From assembly GCA_937625935.1 (NCBI GenBank), contig OW569350.1, positions 558,001-622,000 on the forward strand: a stretch of DNA of 64,000 bases, written 5' to 3'. This document shows, in pieces, positions 44,301 to 55,200 of this stretch (positions are counted from its first letter, which is position 1; the number at the start of each line of letters is the position of its first letter). The translations under genes and the position numbers were made by a program. The notes beneath the pieces are model-generated. The model ran no database searches and was not told the DNA's origin. It was given only the letters and a program-made list of their open reading frames with translations. The stretch is from Tetramitus jugosus. Its lineage: Eukaryota; Protista; Heterolobosea.

Positions 44301-46700
44301 ACGGAAGACCAGGAACGTGCTGATGAAGAGAGTAAGTGATGATACTAACATACAACAGGAAGCAGAAGCCAGCAACTGAAATCTTCAACAGAGCAACGAT
44401 GTGATGCAAGCCGAGCCTTCTCTATCTCCGCAGCAAGGCCTCAGCAAGAGCACTAGCGCACTAACGAGCAGATCTGCTTTCAACGAACTGGCAGAAATAA
44501 AACTGGTGAGTAATCAGGACACTCTCGTTAAGAGGTGTAAAAGATGCGCAGGATGAGGAAATAATTGATTAATACGCCAGCTCGGTTACCTCAATACGAC
44601 AGAGTGATACTTCTGTAACTAGGGATGACATTATTAGTGTGTTGGAGCAAGGGAATGTTGACATTCTCTTCCTTACCTACTACAAAGGAACAATGTCCTC
44701 CACCATTGATTACACATGGGCGAACAGAGTTGAGTTGACCTTGAGCAGCAACGTGCGAGTTATAGTTAGTGACGGCGCAATAAGTTACCACATCCCAACT
44801 AGGGTTTCAGCGAAAATTGAATACCAGGAAGGAGGTGAGGTAGAACGACCAAACTTTCTATTCCCGAAGACAAAGTACGACAAATGGTGGTCCTATGCAA
44901 CACAAGTGCTTGGTGACTTGTCAAGGCACCGAGTGGAAAGGTGGGACGATACGGACAATGTGTCACTATAACTAAGGATTGAGATCTTTGGAAGAGATAA
45001 TGTGAGAAAACATTGGGCAACAATACCCGTTTGAGAAGACTACTAAAATTTCGAGAGTTGTTATTGAAGTGTCTTGTGTGTGGAGAGACTGAGGAAGGGA
45101 TCCATAGGACAGTCAGTCACTATGTAGGTCTACCGCAACTCTCAATAGAGTCAGTCTGGGATTGGGTATTGTAAATCAGAAGTTGCAAGGTTCAGACAAT
45201 GGGATCCAGTGGATCATCAGAACCTGGGAGTTCATCAACCCAATAAAGTTCTTCTCCAGAGCTAGTGCAAAGAAGGCCAATCGAGTCAGACTACTCACAG
45301 TTCAGAAAGGTGGTATGACCCACAGTGATAGGGAGAGTATGAGGAGCGTCCGCCTGCTTCTTCGAGGCGGCATTCTCGAAGGAGACCTGTCTTACCTCCA
45401 ATAAATTAGCGCTCCCTAATGGATGAGATGCACAGGGCGTTATCAGCAAGGAGTTCATCGATATCACTACAGAAGAAGTCCGTGATGTAATCAAATGGCT
45501 AAGGAACAGGAAGTGTCCTGAGCCCGATGGTATCCACAATGAGATGTTGAAGCTGTCGAAGGCTGAAAACAGGGACTACAACTGGGAGTTTGCCAATATC
45601 CTGTCAGGGCTTCAACAAAATACCGAAAAGTGGACCATTTCCTGTGATGTGGAAAGAGTGCACAATTGTCCCTGTCTACAATCTGAACATAGCGAATTAC
45701 AGACCTATCTGTCTGTTGAGTGCCTTGTGTCAAAACTCATCACACGGCTGCTCAACTCTCGTTTGCAGTGAAAAGACCTTCAGTGCGCTGGGACTCTTCA
45801 CTAACTTGTCTAATTGTAGTGAGAACCAAACAAAAGGAGCAAGCGCAGGAGGTTAAGAGTGATCAACTGCCTGAGCCTCATGAAACTCACTCCGAGGCAA
45901 TTGGCAAGAATCGTCAACACATACATCCATCCAGTGTTCCTCTACGCGTGTGAATTCACACACTGGACAAAAGGATGGATTAGTTGCAATGAATCGGTAC
46001 TCGTCTGATTTGCTGCAGTGGAATCTATGCACACCTAACACCTGGTTGATAGCCAGCAAGTTACAGGTATACATGGTGCTGATCATACCATTCGTATGCG
46101 GATCTTTACGTCCCGTTGTTATCACTTCCAAACAGAACAATACCAGTTAGAATCTCTCAGTCGACACACCCCCTCTACTATTTAACGATGGCAATCTAGT
46201 CGGATTGTTGACCTCCTTCTGGTTTTATTCATCAAGTTGTGGTGGAACACGAGCTGCATATACCAACGAAGGTGTCAGAAGTGCAATACAAGACTGGTGA
46301 GAGTTGCAACAATGATAGAATATGCATGATCTTCCCCAAGAACAAGCTGGATAGTAGATGGGCGAACTATGCTACTAAAGTGCTGTCCGGTCTGTCTTAT
46401 CAACAGATAGAGGATACGAGTTATCGATCAAAGCCTTGGTTGCTCGGGCTACAGAGTTCTTTGGTGACCATAGAGCACCCAAACGTGAGGTGGGTAATAG
46501 GTGTGTGAGAAAGTTCTTGCTTGATTAACTCCTCATCGGAACCGTAATTGCGTAAGGTACTCGCAAACTATGGTGGACGTTTTTCCGTGGAGATTCAAAG
46601 GGAATCAATATTATCTACTCTGAGAATCATCAACCATAGACTCCATAAAGCGAGGACTAGACATAATAATAGGAGATTCAGATAGTGGGAATGGGTTGCA
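41354..46700 (+). mobile_element. Head-to-tail stack of at least five non-LTR retroelement fragments upstream of tRNA-Leu; right boundary approximate
   Basis: Poly-A 3' ends near 41430, 42590, 42775 and 43937; repeated target GAGTTTGTACCAGA; APE-endonuclease remnants (TMSSRIDSTWAN, TMSSTIDYTWAN); RT remnants (KCPEPDGIHNEMLK, WKECTIVPVY...NYRPICLL); CCHC remnants. Confidence 0.85.
41625..42524 (+). pseudogene. 5'-truncated retroelement ORF2 C-terminus with a zf-RVT-type CCHC zinc finger
   Basis: KCLNCGAAPESILHLLVEC; the ORF ends about 65 nt before a poly-A tail. Confidence 0.82.
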
Positions 46701-47063
46701 ATAACGTCAGAGTTCGTAAATCCGAGTAATTCTTGTTCACGGCAAGTTTGGGTCACTGCTGGGTAACTCTTAGTTTGGTCTGGCCAGTGTACAGCAGTAT
46801 GGGTTTGACGTCGTTGGTGACAACGTCTCGCCCTGCCTTGTTCCTGTACATATTAGGAAACTCCTCATATCCTTAACATTACTTTCGTTGCAGCCAGATT
46901 TGCTGTCGCTTTTGTTCCAACAGATTTTGATATCGTCCATTATCCCGCTCGGAATTGTAAAAGCACAAAGAAGAACCCACACAAACGAACACGTTTTCCT
47001 GCTTCCCCTCATCATCCAAAAAAACAAAACAACATACCCCATATTCTTATTATTTCTAGAACC

Positions 47064-47438
47064 ATGAAATTGATTGCCACTACTCTTCTCGCACTTGTCC
47101 TCTTGTGCTGTTTTGCTTCTGCTATGGCCTATAGACCATACGTACCAACGCCATACGTCCCAAGAACCTTCTCTGACATTGGTTATGCCTGCTGTGTCCC
47201 TGGAAACCCAAATGCTGAGTTCTGCAAGCACGTCAGATGTTCCAAGCCAATGAGATACCTCTCTGATGTTGCTCCTCCAAGAAGAACCATTCAACGTCCA
47301 AAGTTGAACAAGAAACTTGTCGTTCCAAAGAGATTCAAGCTCGCTCGTCCTTCCAAGAAGGTGTCCAAGGAGTCCTTGAGCGATATGGCTTTCTGTTATG
47401 GAAGCTATTGCTATGTTGACGGCAATGTCTACTACTAA
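47064..47438 (+). CDS. Small secreted cysteine-containing protein, possible peptide precursor
   Basis: Signal peptide MKLIATTLLALVLLCCFASA; biased codon usage; AATAAA at about 47483; three [FL]SD motifs. Confidence 0.75.
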   Translation: MKLIATTLLALVLLCCFASAMAYRPYVPTPYVPRTFSDIGYACCVPGNPNAEFCKHVRCSKPMRYLSDVAPPRRTIQRPKLNKKLVVPKRFKLARPSKKVSKESLSDMAFCYGSYCYVDGNVYY

Positions 47439-47737
47439 GCGATTGGTTTGTGTTGATTTTTATGATGTGAGTTGGTACTACGAATAAAAATCAGACGAAT
47501 TGCTTTGCCTCGATTTTGTTCAATGTGTGGATTATTATCACAGTTTGGAATTAAGATCATTGACAATAAGCAATCCAACAGAATACTATCGATGAAATGA
47601 CTCGACACACACACAGTTTTGGTCTTTTTGGTTGGGGTTGTTGGACTGGCTATTGGCTTGCATTTGCACCTCCGTTCGAAGTGTTAGCTTCCAAGGGTCG
47701 AACACGAATGGTCCAATTCAAAAGAAATCCAAGTGGT

Positions 47738-49188
47738 TTACTCGGATACAACAGTCATATCACACATAAGTCCCTTTTGTTGAGCGGCAAAGAGCTTGCT
47801 GGAGAAGACGGAATGAATCTTTTTTGGCACATTGTACAACATGATATGCAAACCTGATTGACCACATGCCACACGTAGTTCGCGATGGGACTCAGTTCGA
47901 GAAACAACCCTTGGCAGACATATTTCACCAACCTGTCTATCCCGCAGCTGAAAGATGTCGCCTAATCCGGAACTTTTAATTTAAACAAGAGAGGATGAGT
48001 GAGTTTTTCGACGTATCAAACAGAAAACAATACCAAGAGTACAAACTTTCTATAACCGCATGTGTAGGCACCTCCTTCTTTCGTTGTAAACACCGTAAAA
48101 TTTGTTCCACAACTGTAATCGAGCACAGTTCCAATTGACAGAGGAATATGAGTGACAATTGATTGTTGATAAACAGCAGGAAGCCCTAGAGCACCATGAT
48201 CATTGGCTCCGCATCCATAAAAAGTGTTTGACTCAGTTCGAAACACAGTGAAGCAACCTCCACACCTTGCATCAACAAGTTTCTCATGTGGAGGAATCCC
48301 AGTAACTAACGATGGACTCGCTACGTCACCCAATGAGGATGAGTTTAAACCGCATTGACCATGATTATTATAGCCCCAAGAGTAAGCTGATCCATCCTCT
48401 GTGATTACTATGGTGTGCCACTGTCCACACACTGCAGTTTTGATTCTCTTCAATCCATTGGCCAGATCAGGATGATTCACTTTGACAGGAAGTGGACAAG
48501 GTTGACTCTGATGACCCTGACCCAGAGATCCAAATGCACAATATCCAGAAGTATAAACGCAATCATCAACCGTTACAAACACTGTGTGGTACGCGCAAGG
48601 TGCAACACACTTCAATTTTTTGCCTTCAATGTTGTCCAGCTTTTCCACACCATAAATGTTGTTCGATCCAGTGGACAATCCACATTCACCATAGATGTTG
48701 TATCCTGATACGTACACACACTCATATCCTTCACTAATGAACAATGAATGCTTATTTCCACACTTTGTTTCCACAATATTACAATGGGACAACTCTGGTA
48801 TCAATGTCACTTGACTCACAACGACGATCGCCTTCGCCTTTGCACAACTACCACTCCCATTATCACCGCAACAAAACACACGTCGAAAATTGGTCACAAA
48901 CAGTGAGCGATACTCACCACAAGAGACATTGACAACGTATTCATTTGGTTGCAAAAGTTCCTCCTCGGACATGAAATCCTCTCCCATCGAACCGTATTGC
49001 ACCACCTGAGCCAATGACTTGACAGTATCAGAGCCGGTATCTGGTGAACGCATCAGATATTCATTTTTGGTACCCTTTTGTTCATAGTACGGGTGATTGA
49101 ATCCTGTTTGGTGATCACGAGTGTCTCCTGCACCATAGACATTCAACTCTCTGGTGACAAGAATTTTGGGATGTTCGCCGGCTGACAT
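47738..49188 (-). CDS. RCC1-repeat protein; probable intron about 47973-48047
   Basis: Repeats such as VSCGEYRSLF, CGNKHSLF, VCGQWHT...YSWGYNNHGQCG; splicing extends the frame to VACGQSG...LMCDMTVVSE*. Confidence 0.85.
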
Positions 49189-49402
49189 TGTGATTGATTT
49201 TGTTTCAGAACAGGAACTCGGACTGTTGCCGTGAAGAAGAACAAGGTCTTCACCTCCGGTTCGCACAAAAATATATATTTTGTTTTCAATTGAAAGTTCT
49301 TAAAGCTCCTTTGTTTCCGTGCAGTAGTTCTGTGGCTCTTGACCCGATAATCTCAGCCCCCCAAAATGCTTGGGCAAATTAGAAAATTTCTATAAATAGA
49401 AA

Positions 49403-49485
49403 GCACTGATGCTCGAGCGGTCAAGAGGTTGGACTTGAAATCCAATACCGGAAACGGTGCGCAGGTTCGAATCCTGTTCAGTGCG
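49403..49485 (+). tRNA. tRNA-Ser(TGA)
   Basis: Acceptor GCACTGA/TCAGTGC + G73; anticodon arm TTGGA-CTTGAAA-TCCAA; long variable arm ACCG-GAAA-CGGT; GGTTCGAATCC; TTTT downstream. Confidence 0.95.
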
Positions 49486-49584
49486 AACCTTTTGTCATCC
49501 TCACAAATAGATTTTCTGATCAAAAACACGCTGCTGCCAGCAAACAACCTGCAAATAAAAACCACAAGATCACACACGCCAATC

Positions 49585-51081
49585 ATGATGTCTCAACAAT
49601 CTGCCAAGCGCATCCTCCTGCGCTCCTCTACTCGTTCAAAATTTTGGACTCAACAAGCTTCTTCATTCCACACGACTCGTCCCGTTCAGAGTCAACCCTA
49701 TCAGGCATTCAATCCAACGAATGGCAAGCTCATCAAATCATACAAGTTCCTCTCTCCTCAACAAGTGGACGAGGCAGTTGGAAAGAGTCAAACGGCATTT
49801 GAGCAGTACAGGCACACTTCCATGAAGGAAAGAAAACAATTGTTGCTCCAGTTGGCTCAGGCATTGGACGACAACAAGCACGAATATGCAAGAATGATGA
49901 CTGAAGAGATGGGAAAGACCATTGTCGGTGCAGTTCAAGAGATTGAAAAGTGTGCAATGAACTGTAGATACTATGCCAATCATGGTGAAGAGATGGCTCG
50001 TGATGAACAAGTGGACGAACACTCTAGAGTAGTGTACTTGCCCATGGGTCCCATTCTTCAAGTAGCTCCCTTCAATTTTCCATTCTGGCAAGTGATTCGT
50101 TTTGCTGCTCCTGCATTGATGGCTGGTAATGTCGTCCTGATTCGACACTCTCACTGTACACCAAACTCTGCACAAGGATTGCAACAATTGTTTGACTCTA
50201 CGGATTATCCAACTGGCGTCTATCAAAATTTGTTTGCTGATAATGAAACTGTGGCTCAAGTGATTGCGGATCCTCGTGTCAGAGGTGTCACCTTCACCGG
50301 CAGTACAGAAACGGGAAGAAAGATTGCTGAAATGAGCGGAAAGTATCTGAAGAAGCATGTGCTAGAGTTGGGAGGCAGTGATGCGTTTATTGTCTTGGGA
50401 GATGCTGATTTGAATGCTGCTGTTGATACTGCTGTTCTCTCACGTACAATGAACAGTGGTCAATCCTGTATTGCTGCCAAGCGCTTTATTGTCGAACAGT
50501 CAGTGTACGATGAGTTTGTACAACGATTCAGCGCTGCATTGAGCAAGCTTAAGATTGGTGATCCAATGAAAGAGGACACTCAGATTGGACCTATGGCCAG
50601 AAAGGACTTGAGAGACAAGTTGCACGAGCAAGTTCAGCACGCTGTTTCCGATGGTGCAAAGCTTGTTGTTGGTGGCAGCATCCCTCAAGCAGAAGGCTTC
50701 TTCTACCATCCAACACTCTTGAGCGAAGTAACCACAAGTAATTTGGCATTCAGAGAAGAGTTGTTCGGCCCTGTCGCATCTGTCATTCGTTGCGAGAACG
50801 TTGCTCATGCCGTTCGCTTGGCCAACATGTCTGAATTTGGATTGGGCAGCACAATCTTCACCGGTGATGCACAAAAGGCCGAGTATGCATGCAGACACTT
50901 GGACACTGGTATGACATTTGTGAATGGCATCTGTAGATCCTCGCCAAACTTGCCATTCGGTGGACAAAAGAACAGTGGCTACGGAAGAGAGTGTGGTTTG
51001 CCAGGTTTGAGAGAATGGACCAACATCAAGAGTGTTTGGAGCAAGGAGGGCGGTTTCAAAGACACCCCACAAGTCGAGTAA
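49585..51081 (+). CDS. NAD(P)-dependent aldehyde dehydrogenase, succinate-semialdehyde dehydrogenase (GabD1/Sad-like), with a mitochondrial-type presequence
   Basis: PFNFPFWQ, FTGST, LELGGSD, catalytic Cys in NSGQSCIA, EELFGP, PFGGQKNSGYGRE. Confidence 0.92.
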   Translation: MMSQQSAKRILLRSSTRSKFWTQQASSFHTTRPVQSQPYQAFNPTNGKLIKSYKFLSPQQVDEAVGKSQTAFEQYRHTSMKERKQLLLQLAQALDDNKHEYARMMTEEMGKTIVGAVQEIEKCAMNCRYYANHGEEMARDEQVDEHSRVVYLPMGPILQVAPFNFPFWQVIRFAAPALMAGNVVLIRHSHCTPNSAQGLQQLFDSTDYPTGVYQNLFADNETVAQVIADPRVRGVTFTGSTETGRKIAEMSGKYLKKHVLELGGSDAFIVLGDADLNAAVDTAVLSRTMNSGQSCIAAKRFIVEQSVYDEFVQRFSAALSKLKIGDPMKEDTQIGPMARKDLRDKLHEQVQHAVSDGAKLVVGGSIPQAEGFFYHPTLLSEVTTSNLAFREELFGPVASVIRCENVAHAVRLANMSEFGLGSTIFTGDAQKAEYACRHLDTGMTFVNGICRSSPNLPFGGQKNSGYGRECGLPGLREWTNIKSVWSKEGGFKDTPQVE

Positions 51082-51343
51082 TATTTATTTTGTAACAACA
51101 ATGTATCAATATAATACAAATCCAAAGAGTTCCGTCAATCACACCCAAGATAATTCCGTTCTTGTGTGTTCTTTCGAGCGTCCAAAAAATTCCCCCGAAA
51201 ACACAAAACGCGAAAGCTCGAACGACAACAACAGCAACTCAATCAACTCACAAGAATAACAACAGAATTGTGACTCTCAAAATATATTCATCATCAAATC
51301 ACATCATCATCATCATCAACAATAACAAATCATCATCATCATC

Positions 51344-51943
51344 ATGGCCAAACGACCACAACACCAAGCACGTTCCTCTCTCTTTAACGTCAATCACAAC
51401 AACAATAATAATAACAATAACAATAACAATAATAACAATAACAGTAATAATAACAAGAATACAATTGTTCACATTCCCAATAGCAACAACAGTACCAACA
51501 ACAACAATCAACTATTTTTAGAACAACAGAATGATGCAGCCGAAAAGTCATTCAACGATTACACATCACTCCTGCGAAAAAATGTTCAATCACTAAAGGA
51601 CGTGGTTCACTACATGAACGATGAAGTCTTGTCGGATCATACATTGATTGATCAGACCAATACGAGTGCAGATTCCAATCGATACTCTCTCAAGAATTCG
51701 TACAAAAAGTTGCAAGAAGATGTAATTCAAGTGAAAACGTGCAGACAAGTGTTAATGTTGAGTTTCATTATAGTCATGGTGTTTTTCATTGTGTTTTATG
51801 GAGGAAAATTTTTTGTTTTTCAAGTGTTGTTGGCAAAGAGTGGAAATCACATCAATAGCAGCAGCAACAATGGTGGTAGTAGTAGCAACAGTATAGGAAA
51901 TCAAGTGAATACGAACAGTGTGGCGAAATTGGTGACAAAATGA
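51344..51943 (+). CDS. Qc-SNARE, Bet1/Sft1-like
   Basis: LEQQND...LRKNVQSLKDV heptads followed by a TM segment; poly-Asn N-terminus. Confidence 0.62.
   Translation: MAKRPQHQARSSLFNVNHNNNNNNNNNNNNNNNSNNNKNTIVHIPNSNNSTNNNNQLFLEQQNDAAEKSFNDYTSLLRKNVQSLKDVVHYMNDEVLSDHTLIDQTNTSADSNRYSLKNSYKKLQEDVIQVKTCRQVLMLSFIIVMVFFIVFYGGKFFVFQVLLAKSGNHINSSSNNGGSSSNSIGNQVNTNSVAKLVTK
51397..51456 (+). repeat. (AAC/AAT)n trinucleotide tract encoding poly-Asn
   Basis: Directly visible tandem AAC/AAT units. Confidence 0.9.
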
Positions 51944-52285
51944 ACATGATGATCACACAACACACACTGTATGCTAGTCGAGAGAAGAATGATCACCACG
52001 GAGATCATTGTTTCTCGTCAAAGAAGAACAAAATAGAATTGATATACACACGCACGTGGCCACTGCTTATCGAAGGTGTTTGTGAAAAGTGAAAAATTTT
52101 TTAGGTTCCGTTCCACTTTTGAAACACAACACATGAACATGAACTGATGATTACCAGTTTATGTGATTGTCATCCGCAAAACAAATGGGATGATAATTGT
52201 CAGTCATAACAGACCATAATAATAGTAATAATAAATAAATTATATTGTAATTTGATAAATTATGTCGCACGAGATGTGAAATCCC

Positions 52286-55200
52286 TTAGTTGAAAAATTG
52301 ATCAAAGTCTGAGACGAGATCAATGCTTGCCGAAGGAACATACTTGCGGTTCGATTGCTTGTTTTCTCGCTTCTTGGATTGTCTCTTCTTCTTTTGAGGT
52401 GTTGAACTACCGAGGAATGAAGTTACGATTTTGATACCTCCAGAGAGGAGAGAATGAGAAGAGTCTGCTTCTGGTTCGGTGGTTTGTTGCTGCTGTTCGT
52501 TGTCTTCGGCTTGAGAGTCATCTGGTTGATTCATTGCTTCGAGCTGTTGAACTTGTTGTCTTGTGTGATCCTGTTGCTGTATCGTTTCCAGCTTCCGATT
52601 TCGTTGATAGCTCTCGAGATCGTACGAGGCCATATTATTCCACAGGGCTAATCTCGGTTTGTTGAGACCGAGTGCAACCTCTACTCTTCGCAAGCGATGT
52701 CGTTTCACGATGGAGATCTCTTCCTCATACTCCAATCTCTGCTTTCTTGTCATTTGCTGTGCTGGTGGAGTTGTTGATGCTTGTTGTGGAACTGATGGGC
52801 TACCACTGGTGGGCGATAGTGTTCTCATGAGGCCGGACTGATTCTTGTGCTTTGTGCAGATGGGACAGGTGGATAGATTGATCATTTTGAGGCAATTATT
52901 GTGAAATGCGTGGCCACAATCAAACAGCTTGACCTCGTTCTCTTCTGCATCAGACACATTGTAACGGAAGGAGGACAATCGATATTCACAGACATAGCAT
53001 CTATGATTTAATGGCTTCACACCTCTATTGTACAACTTTGAGTAAGTTTTAAACATCCAATAGAGGTCCTTATCCATTAGATGTTTCATGCTTTGATATG
53101 TAGTTCCTTCGAATGTACAGTTTGTAAACAGCTCAGTTAAAGATTCCTTAAAATGACCAAAATGATCGCTGCCGTATCTCTCGACTGTAAACTCTAGAAT
53201 CTCTGTCCACTCAAACACACTGCTCGTGATCATACTACTATAGATAATCTTAATATAAGATCCAAAGCATATTTGTAACCATAAACCAGCCAACTTTGGT
53301 ATGTTGTGAGCTGCCAGCGGATTGTTCATGGCTTGTGCTTGTTCTGAGCGTAAACGAAGTAACCCATCTTGTAGTTGACTCAATTGACTCCGAAGCTTCG
53401 ACAACTTTTGTTGCAATTGTTCGAGGCGTTCTTGACTAAACTCCTTGATAATATGTTTTTCTAAAGCAGCAATATTGTCCTGTGAACTTTGAATCATTAC
53501 TTCGTGCTCGCGAATATTCTGCTCCACAGACTTGTCATTGTCCAAGTCTAATAGTATATTTTCTTTGATGCTGATCACTGGCTTATCGTAGTTGTACGAG
53601 GTTGGTGATGTGGGTGTTCTTGGTGATTCAGTAGAGTGTCGGTTTCGTGGTGTACTGACACCTCTGTAACCAGTTCGTTGCTCTCTCTGTAGCTGAACAA
53701 AATTATCCAGCAAGCTGTACCAAATATGTTTTAGTCTCTCGGGCTCTATTGTTTCGTTGACTGCATTCCTGTCACACACAGAAATTGCTTTCATCAAATT
53801 TTTGCTGACCCGCTGAGATTCTGGCGAGTCGAGCACATTCTTGCCGCCGAGCAGGGGTACCTGTGGTGTTCGACTCAAGGGTTGATTATTATTTCCAGAT
53901 AGATTATGAGTTGGATTGATATACTGGAAGGCTTCTAGATTCAAATACCGGTCGTTACTTGGATCCAGCATTTTTGCTTCCTGCATCAGTCTCTTTTTCA
54001 ATGCAAATATGTTGTCACTCAAAGTCTCCAAATAGAGACCAACAGCGCCAACAACATCACCAACACGCTCTAACAGATAAGCACTCGCATCAATAATTCT
54101 ATACTTTTGACAACTATTAACTGCATAATCTAGATCATATTGTCCCTCGTGGAATCTCAAGTATGGAAGAACATTCTTTGGTTCGTGTTGACACAAAAGA
54201 GCCAAGAATCGCTGATGTAAATCGTCACCAACTCTAATACCTCTTTGAGATAGTAGTTGACTCATTGAATCACTGACAGCACTTTGTTCGCCTCCTATTC
54301 CAATAATATTCCGCAAGAACTTAAATTGAAGCTTTGGGAAGTCTGATAGAGCACCAATAATCTGTTCGTATTCTTCAGTGAAGTGATAGATGATTAGGTG
54401 CGAAGTTTCATCATCATTCAGATCAATCAGAAGAGATAAATTGTTCGTTATTGCTGTTCTTAAGGTGTTATAACCCTCAGCTGCTTTTTTCGAATTTCTG
54501 GATTGTTGGTTCATTGTCTCCTTCAACTTTGTGAGAGTCGAATGAATATACTGGAAGATTTGAGGACGCAGATTTTGGTCCTTGAGATATGAATCTAGAA
54601 TTCGTTCATAGTTTTCATACTTGGTCTGAAGATGTACTGATACTTTGTAAAATTGTGCCTTCTCACATACTTGCAACAACTTGTCCACATCTAGTTGAGT
54701 TTCATCACCAATTCTCTCTACTACATTCATTAATTGCTGTTGGATACGATCTTTTTCCTCTTCTTGAATTATCACACCTTTGAATCCAAGAACCGCAAAC
54801 GTTCGATGAACCAGTTCTGCATCTACAGGCAATGTTCCAAGAGACATGAATGGTAGAAGCAGTTTTAAAAATGACACTACTTCATCCAAATTAGGTAGCC
54901 AAGCTGTGAGACTATCGCTCGCGCTCTTGTTAATTTCCCATGGACTAAATGCATCAATTTTTCTATGAATCATCACAGAGACCAGAACTTCTAAAATGTA
55001 TCGTTGAGTAATCTGATCATCAGGTGCAAAATCATTCCAAGGAGTTGTCGGTGTTTGGTCATTGAGTGACATATTGCTGATTTCCAAGAAATGACGCACA
55101 TCCAAGGCAAGAAATCTTATCAAATATGGAAGGTTTCTTTGAGAGCTCAGTACTAGTATCTCATCATCCGAGCTCGGGCTATCTGGCGCCGTACTATTAT

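Noticed and set aside
34800-46700. LTR retrotransposon or endogenous virus interpretation of the repeat island
   Set aside because: No LTR pair, integrase, protease or capsid motifs seen; poly-A tails, APE, LINE-type RT and zf-RVT remnants indicate non-LTR elements.
49429-49584. N-terminal extension of the ALDH ORF in the ORF track
   Set aside because: It starts at a TTG inside the tRNA-Ser gene; the first ATG at 49585 gives a plausible mitochondrial presequence.
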